Positions 58,782-64,000 of a stretch of 64,000 nt of DNA are shown in pieces (position 1 is the first letter of the stretch; every line of letters begins with the position of its first letter). The notes beneath the pieces were generated by a model. That model worked only from the letters and a program-made list of their open reading frames with translations, had not been told where the DNA came from and made no database searches. The stretch is from an uncultured Nitrospiraceae bacterium (GTDB lineage: Bacteria; Nitrospirota; Thermodesulfovibrionia; Thermodesulfovibrionales; Dissulfurispiraceae), in NCBI GenBank assembly GCA_963705105.1, contig CAVPIW010000005.1, forward strand, positions 160,001 to 224,000, given 5' to 3'. Made by a program: the position numbers and the translations under genes.

Positions 58782-59894
58782 AACCTTGCCTTTATCAAGA
58801 AGCGCTTCTCCTTTCACGGCGGCGCCGAAAGGTATCTCCAGACCCTCGTTGAAGCGCTGCAGCGCTCCGGCCACGGCACCCACATCTTTTCCTCCCTCTG
58901 GTCGGATGTGGTGGGAGTCACCTTCCACCGCGTTCCCGTCATCACCGCCGGATCATTCCTCTCGACATACACCTTCAATCATCGTGTCTGCAGGGAAATC
59001 CGCCGGCACAGAGAATTCGACTGTGTCGTCAGCTTCGAACGAACGACTTGCCAGGACGTCTACCGTGCCGGTGAAGGATGCCACGCCGAGTGGCTGACAA
59101 TAAGGCGGCACGTCGAGCCCTTTCACAAGAGGCTCTCCTTCAGGATCAACCCCCTTCACATCCTCCTGCTGAGCCTTGAAAGAAGGCTCTTCTCCGGAAC
59201 GAAACGCATCGTCGCCAATTCCGGCATGGTGAAAGAGCAGATCATGGGGCACTACGGCGTCCCGGCGGAGAGGATTTCGACGGTGTACAACGGCGTCGAT
59301 CTGTCACGGTTCACGCCGGAGAACAGGAAACAATGGCGCAACAGCATCCGGGCGGACCTCGCGGTTCCCGAACAGGCGAAGGTCGTACTGTTTGCGGGGT
59401 CGGGCTTCGAACGGAAAGGCCTTGATGTGCTCCTCAGAGCCGTCCCGCATGTCGGTGTCGGCGGGTTGAAGGTCATCGTGGCGGGCAAGGGAGAGTCGCG
59501 CCGATACAGCGCATTTATCAGGCGCGCGGGACTTTCGGACGATGTCCTGTTCCTCGGTCCCTGCAGCGGGATCGAAAGACTCTACGCAGCCTCGGACATC
59601 TTCGTGCTTCCTACGCTCTACGACCCCTTCAGCAATGCCACCATCGAGGCCATGGCGGCAGGGCTTCCCGTCATAACGACAAGGAACAACGGCGCCGCCG
59701 AACTCGTGAGTGATGCCGTGGAGGGCTATGTCGTCGACGCACATTGTGACCCGGTCATGCTTGCCGGCAGAATCAGACAGACGCTGGATCAACGTGAACG
59801 GATGGGAGCGGAAGCAAGATCAAAGGCTGAACAGTACCCGATTGAACGGGCAGCCGGGGAATTCCTCGCCGTCATCGAGAAGATCGTATCCTGA
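58779..59894 (+). CDS. GT4 glycosyltransferase (WabG/RfaG-like, LPS core type)
   Basis: GGAERY, DVYRAGEGCH, GSGFERKG and PTLYDPFSNATIEAMA. Confidence 0.88.
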   Translation: MNLAFIKKRFSFHGGAERYLQTLVEALQRSGHGTHIFSSLWSDVVGVTFHRVPVITAGSFLSTYTFNHRVCREIRRHREFDCVVSFERTTCQDVYRAGEGCHAEWLTIRRHVEPFHKRLSFRINPLHILLLSLERRLFSGTKRIVANSGMVKEQIMGHYGVPAERISTVYNGVDLSRFTPENRKQWRNSIRADLAVPEQAKVVLFAGSGFERKGLDVLLRAVPHVGVGGLKVIVAGKGESRRYSAFIRRAGLSDDVLFLGPCSGIERLYAASDIFVLPTLYDPFSNATIEAMAAGLPVITTRNNGAAELVSDAVEGYVVDAHCDPVMLAGRIRQTLDQRERMGAEARSKAEQYPIERAAGEFLAVIEKIVS

Positions 59895-59899
59895 GGGCG

Positions 59900-60103
59900 T
59901 CATCTCCTGTCCTCCGCCGACAGGAGTTCCTCGATCCGCGCTATCGTCTCCCTCAGTCTTCTCATATTGTCTTCGTCCCTTCTCACCTGGGCGCCGCCGA
60001 TGTGGGCCGACGTAAAGGTAAAATCGAACCTGACCATGTCCTCAAGATCTTCAAGATTGTTCCGGAGGCGTTTCAGCTCCGACTTAAGCTCAGCCCTGCT
60101 CAT
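59900..60103 (-). CDS. Small helical hypothetical protein
   Basis: 67-aa ORF with two heptad helices around SAHIGG. Confidence 0.55.
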   Translation of the reverse strand: MSRAELKSELKRLRNNLEDLEDMVRFDFTFTSAHIGGAQVRRDEDNMRRLRETIARIEELLSAEDRR

Positions 60104-60116
60104 TGCAATTCTCGCA

Positions 60117-60585
60117 CTATCTCTCACCGGCCATCTCCAATATCTCACTCATCAACCTGTCGCTGAGAAAAAAACCGGATTCCCTCATCCTCTCCAAAAT
60201 CGGCTTAACCTCCGCTAAAATTCCCTTATTTTTTGCTCTGAGTAAAACACCGGCAGTCCCCGTAATCTTAAGGCCGTTCAATTTGGCAATCCGGCGCCCC
60301 AGTGCGTCATCAATAATAAGCAAGGCTCCTTTCACCTCTCTTCGAGCGCAATCACCTCTGCTCGCCATGTCCCAAATCGGGAACCAGAAGAGACTATCCG
60401 GCAAGAACCGGGGTTTTCGTACTTATCCATGAGAACTGTTCGATGACAGGGACGTCTTCACCTGCACGCCTGTCTGCGTCACGGATCAATCGCCACTCTC
60501 CGGGGATCAATATCCCGCCATAAAGGCTCTCCCGGATGCGAGGAGTCGACCTGTTAAATAAAAAATGGCGATTATCGTCAGAGAG
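60117..60585 (-). pseudogene. Degraded DUF3368 (PIN-like) gene
   Basis: C-terminal LLIIDDALGRRIA..GLKITGTAGVLLRAK intact. The N-terminal part (SLYGGILIP, SWI) is broken across frames. Confidence 0.65.
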
Positions 60586-60596
60586 GTCTTTCACGG

Positions 60597-60867
60597 TCAT
60601 AGCAAGACCTTTCCCTTTTTCTACAATATGCTCCGTAAACTTGGAAGGAGGGCTCAAAGGAACTATGTCGAAGTGCGTACTTAGTTCTTCCTCAAGCCTC
60701 GCCGCAAGCTCATAAAGCTTCCATCCCGATACCCCGTCGCAGGCCAGATCGATGTCACGCGCTTTCGAAAGCTTCTCCGCGGCACTGCCGAAAAGGATTA
60801 ATCGCGTCGCCCCGTAAGCCTTTGCCAATGAGATTATCTTCTCAATCTTTGACTTGCCGATCGCCAT
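60597..60867 (-). CDS. Minimal nucleotidyltransferase (MNT antitoxin-like)
   Basis: LILFGS...RDIDL...FDIV. Removing one A from the A5 run gives the end EKGKVLL*, overlapping the next ATG. Confidence 0.75.
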
Positions 60868-61065
60868 TGAAACCCGCCCAACTCAACTTGCATGTACATA
60901 AAACTCTTGCCCCGTCTCTTCACGCAAGGTGACGATAGTGTCACGCAAAAAACAATACCATGAAGGGACTGGAAATGTGAAGGGAACCGCTTTCGTGCAA
61001 ATTGCCTCTATTGTTTGGCACATCGTGATGAGCTTAACTTGCTGATACACAGAGGAGGAAAAAAG

Positions 61066-61138
61066 TGGACGGTAAGGGGGTCGAACCCTCGGCCTCCAGA
61101 GTGCGATTCTGGCGCTCTCCCAACTGAGCTAACCGCCC
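61066..61138 (-). tRNA. tRNA-Ala(CGC), CCA not encoded
   Basis: GGGCGGT/ACCGTCC acceptor stem with G3:U70, CCAGA/TCTGG anticodon stem with loop ATCGCAC, and GGTTCGA T-loop. Confidence 0.95.
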
Positions 61139-61191
61139 GTGACTTTAAATGTATCATTAACGGACCGCGAATTTCAAATGCAGCCGCGCTG

Positions 61192-61944
61192 TCAGACCAT
61201 CTCGGACATGTCTCCGAGCGCCTTTCCGGCATCTTCCTGAAATAGCACGGATGCGATATGATCCCAGGGTGTTTCCGTCCTGTTGACGAAGATGAGCCTT
61301 GCCCCAGCCCTGTGAGCAAGCCGCGGATACGATGCAGCCGGCTCGACCTGAAGAGACGAGCCGATCATGATGAAGAGATCGCACTTTGACGAGTATGTAT
61401 AGGCGAGTTCCATCTCCCGCTCCGGCATAGCCTGCCCGAAGGAGACAGTCGCGGGCTTTATGATCCCTTTGCAGTCATCACATGATGGGTCGAGATTGCC
61501 CGCATCGAGCAGCCTTTGAATGTCCCCCATCGGCCACGTCTTCCCGCAGGAGAGGCAAAGGGCCTTCCTGTTCGTCCCGTGGAGCTCGATCACGTTCGAA
61601 CTGCCCGCCTCCTGGTGGAGACCGTCGATGTTCTGCGTGATGAGGCAGCTGAGTTTTCCTTTCCTTTCAAGCGCTGCAAGGGCAAGATGGGCCTTGTTGG
61701 GCCGGGCGCTCATCATCTGACGGTTTAATTCCCTCCTCATCGTCCAGGCCTCCACGCGGGCGTCATGACTGGCGACGAATTCCTGGAACATGACGATCCT
61801 GTGGCGCTCCCAGATCCCGCCGGGACTCCGGAAATCGGACAGTCCCGATTCCGTCGATATGCCAGCCCCGGTAAAGGCGACGATTCTCTGCGATGCCAAG
61901 ACGAGACGAACGGCCTTGCCGAGGCGTTCCTCATAGCTCATCAT
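61192..61944 (-). CDS. cobB: NAD-dependent protein deacylase (sirtuin)
   Basis: TGAGISTESG..DFR, TQNIDGLH, ELHG, two CxxC, GSSL and VN. Confidence 0.93.
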   Translation of the reverse strand: MMSYEERLGKAVRLVLASQRIVAFTGAGISTESGLSDFRSPGGIWERHRIVMFQEFVASHDARVEAWTMRRELNRQMMSARPNKAHLALAALERKGKLSCLITQNIDGLHQEAGSSNVIELHGTNRKALCLSCGKTWPMGDIQRLLDAGNLDPSCDDCKGIIKPATVSFGQAMPEREMELAYTYSSKCDLFIMIGSSLQVEPAASYPRLAHRAGARLIFVNRTETPWDHIASVLFQEDAGKALGDMSEMV

Positions 61945-61966
61945 TTCCACTCTCACCTCCCCGCAT

Positions 61967-62515
61967 TCAGACCACCACCCTTCTCACCTTCCTCAGCCTG
62001 GCGAATCTCGTGAACATGTTTTCGTGCTCCCTGTCCTTTTCGAACCCCATGAATTCGAACTTTTCGACCAGATTCTCCATGTCCCGCCGGTTCACTTCGA
62101 CCTTCGGTTCGTAGACGGCGACGAAGCCTCCAGGCCTGACTGCCTTCGCCATATTGAGGACCGCCCCTGTTTGATTGGTGATCTCGTGGAAGCTGTACAG
62201 AAAGATGGCCACGTCGATAGACTCTTCCTTCAATGCATACGTCGCGACATCACCGAGAATGATGTCGACCCTGTCGCCATATGCCGACATCCGTCTCCTG
62301 AGCTTCTTCACCATGCCCTGCTGCACGTCCATGGCGAGAACTTTGGACGCCCGCTGCACCAGGACCTCCGTCAGAAAGCCGTTTCCGGCGCCCGCCTCCA
62401 GGACGACCGAGGATTCATTCACCCCCGCCTCCAAGACAATCCTTGCCCTGTCGGTAAATAACTTGCGGATTGGGTTGTACAGGATGAAAGACAAATATGA
62501 CGGGCAGATGTGCAT
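61967..62515 (-). CDS. Class I SAM-dependent methyltransferase
   Basis: LEAGAGNG, AMDVQ and FHEI. Confidence 0.82.
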   Translation of the reverse strand: MHICPSYLSFILYNPIRKLFTDRARIVLEAGVNESSVVLEAGAGNGFLTEVLVQRASKVLAMDVQQGMVKKLRRRMSAYGDRVDIILGDVATYALKEESIDVAIFLYSFHEITNQTGAVLNMAKAVRPGGFVAVYEPKVEVNRRDMENLVEKFEFMGFEKDREHENMFTRFARLRKVRRVVV

Positions 62516-62629
62516 GGTCTAACCGGAGACCTCCCGGGACGGGATCGTGCTGTCAGATCGTTCCACGCTCCGCTGCATTTTGCTGTTCAATTTCCTGGTT
62601 TTTCAAGCTAATTCAAACGGATCGAGAGA

Positions 62630-63070
62630 TCACACCAGGGTCCAAGGTTTGGTGAAGTAGACTTTGCGTACTTCAGCGGCCTTATGCTCGGCCCATCTTT
62701 CCAAGCCCATCTTCTTAATCAAGCACAGATTGAACACTTTGATATTGTGGGGCAGATCGCCAGCCTTGTCAGCATATGGATGCAGGTTGTCGCAGGGAAA
62801 CTGATCGCAGTCGCCGCAAAATCTGAAACCCTTTTCGTGGGAACATTCATAGGCTGCACAATGATGCGCTTCACCGAAGACTTGTTTTTGAATTGGTATT
62901 TGGCCATTGTGGCTGCGACAACCTTTACAAAGCATTGCCTCAACCGGAATCTTGTATTCGCCGGATATTTTCTCAACTACAGCCATGGATTCCCGGTTCT
63001 CTTTGGCCAAATAGAAATGGCAATTGAAACAATCCAGGCCGCATGGAGCGGTCATTTGAAAATAGTCCAT
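62630..63070 (-). CDS. DUF3795-like Cys-rich protein (probable gene cassette)
   Basis: APCGLDCFNC, CKGCR and FCGDCDQFPC. AT-richer than the flanks. Confidence 0.78.
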   Translation of the reverse strand: MDYFQMTAPCGLDCFNCHFYLAKENRESMAVVEKISGEYKIPVEAMLCKGCRSHNGQIPIQKQVFGEAHHCAAYECSHEKGFRFCGDCDQFPCDNLHPYADKAGDLPHNIKVFNLCLIKKMGLERWAEHKAAEVRKVYFTKPWTLV

Positions 63071-63129
63071 GGACAATTTCCTCCTTCGCTAAACATTTGA
63101 AGCTTCAGACTCCTACTTGTATGTCCTGT

Positions 63130-63188
63130 TAGCAACGTTACGGCTGTGCGGTGCGCAATAGCGTGTCCGCACCGGCCGACGGTTCGGC
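63130..63188 (-). mobile_element. attC-like integron recombination site (59 bp)
   Basis: Minus strand GCCGAAC...CGGCCGGTGCGG...CCGCACAGCCG...GTTGCTA: AAC/GTT cores and an imperfect palindrome with an extrahelical base. Confidence 0.7.
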
Positions 63189-63371
63189 AGTCTTGGTTGC
63201 CACAATCATGATTTCATACTCGTCCAAGTCGAGAGTTCGTCTCCCCCAGTTGCCGGCCGTTCCGCCCCACATGTTGACGACAGACAGCCCCGCAAGGCGA
63301 AAGAGCAGCCTGAGTTCCGTTCCGACGAAACCGCGCTCCCATGCGGCCTTCTCCTTCATTGCTTTCTCCAT
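63138..63371 (-). pseudogene. Internally deleted methyltransferase cassette gene
   Basis: A short N-terminus MEKAMKEKAAWE joined to a methyltransferase-type C-terminus ERGFVGTEL...WGGTAG...EIMIVA, with no SAM-binding motif. Confidence 0.5.
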
Positions 63372-63377
63372 AGGTCT

Positions 63378-63435
63378 GACGAACGCTAAGAATCACGGGG
63401 AGCGTGGAACGCGATCCCGTGAACGAGTGTTAGCG
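63378..63435 (-). mobile_element. attC-like integron recombination site (58 bp)
   Basis: Minus strand CGCTAAC (contains the upstream TAA stop)...TCACGGG-ATC-GCGT-TCC-ACGC-TC-CCCGTGA...GTTCGTC. Confidence 0.75.
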
Positions 63436-64000
63436 TGGCTTCTTTCCTTCTCGCTCCGTCAACCATTCAACGACTGCTCGAACGATCTGTTCATCGTAGC
63501 CCAGAAAACTGTGATCTGCACCGGAGATTCTGACCTGTTTAAACGCATCTGAGATCATCGAGCGCCGGTTTTCAGCGCTCTTCAGATCGAGAGGCGTTTG
63601 GTCGGCGAAGATGTCAATTACCGATAGTCGAATGCCCGACAGGTTCTGATTCGCGTCTAATGGCTTACCTCCACCTTCCAAGAGTCCTACGCCTATGTAC
63701 CCAACAATCACCGGCGTTGGCCTTTCAACAATAAAGGAAGTGGTCATCCGTGCCCCCATACTGTAACCCATTAGATAGATCCGCTTCACACCTTTCTCCC
63801 TCGTTAGGTAATCGATGGCTGCCTGGATGGTTTTATAGGCATCCGGAAAAGTTGGGGCATAGGCTCGGAAATCCTTAACGGGAAGCACTGGCATTTGAAG
63901 CGAAAGCGTGTAGAAACCAAGCTCTTTGTTAATGGCTTTGCGCAGCAGACCGACAACCTTCCCGTCCGGTCCTTCGCCTCTCCCATGTGCAAGAACGACG
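63430..64000 (-). CDS. Alpha/beta hydrolase, DUF3530-like (5' partial, probable gene cassette)
   Basis: The frame is open to the window edge: VVLAHGRG..PD..VV..LR, TLSLQMP, nucleophile GYSMG and GADH. Confidence 0.78.
   Translation of the reverse strand, partial: VVLAHGRGEGPDGKVVGLLRKAINKELGFYTLSLQMPVLPVKDFRAYAPTFPDAYKTIQAAIDYLTREKGVKRIYLMGYSMGARMTTSFIVERPTPVIVGYIGVGLLEGGGKPLDANQNLSGIRLSVIDIFADQTPLDLKSAENRRSMISDAFKQVRISGADHSFLGYDEQIVRAVVEWLTEREGKKPR

Noticed and set aside
60394..60867. 157-aa MNT fusion protein
   Set aside because: One extra A in an A5 run explains the read-through, and the tail is pseudogene sequence.

Overview
A GC-rich bacterial chromosomal window. The gene content suggests an anaerobic Nitrospirota (Thermodesulfovibrionia-like) or Desulfobacterota genome, but that assignment is inference. 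From the left: the 3' part of a GltD/SfrB-like flavoprotein, a selenocysteine formate dehydrogenase alpha subunit (in-frame TGA plus SECIS hairpin), scpA, an IS1634 remnant and a frameshifted tlyA. A ~53 kb cell-envelope locus (7.1-60 kb) follows. It holds scattered type II secretion genes (gspK-L-M, two GspC/XpsN-like copies, gspD, an isolated gspG), two parvulin PPIases, a BACON/Ig-repeat protein, and a lipoprotein plus a putative S-layer protein under tandem sigma54 and sigma70 promoters. It also holds a very large glycosylation cluster: TMTC-like and other GT-C transferases, Wzm/Wzt, about 12 GT2/GT4 enzymes, 6-7 methyltransferases, three radical SAM enzymes, two LpxL-like acyltransferases, a GNAT and a PIG-L deacetylase. 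The right end has decayed toxin-antitoxin remnants next to tRNA-Ala(CGC), cobB, and the distal end of an integron-type cassette array (attC sites) that runs off the window. Intergenic spaces carry three families of dispersed palindromic/MITE-like repeats, including one nested element. Four single-base frameshifts look like assembly errors. The best candidate for an undescribed system is a dedicated T2SS + chaperone + GT-C glycosylation pathway for a glycosylated S-layer.
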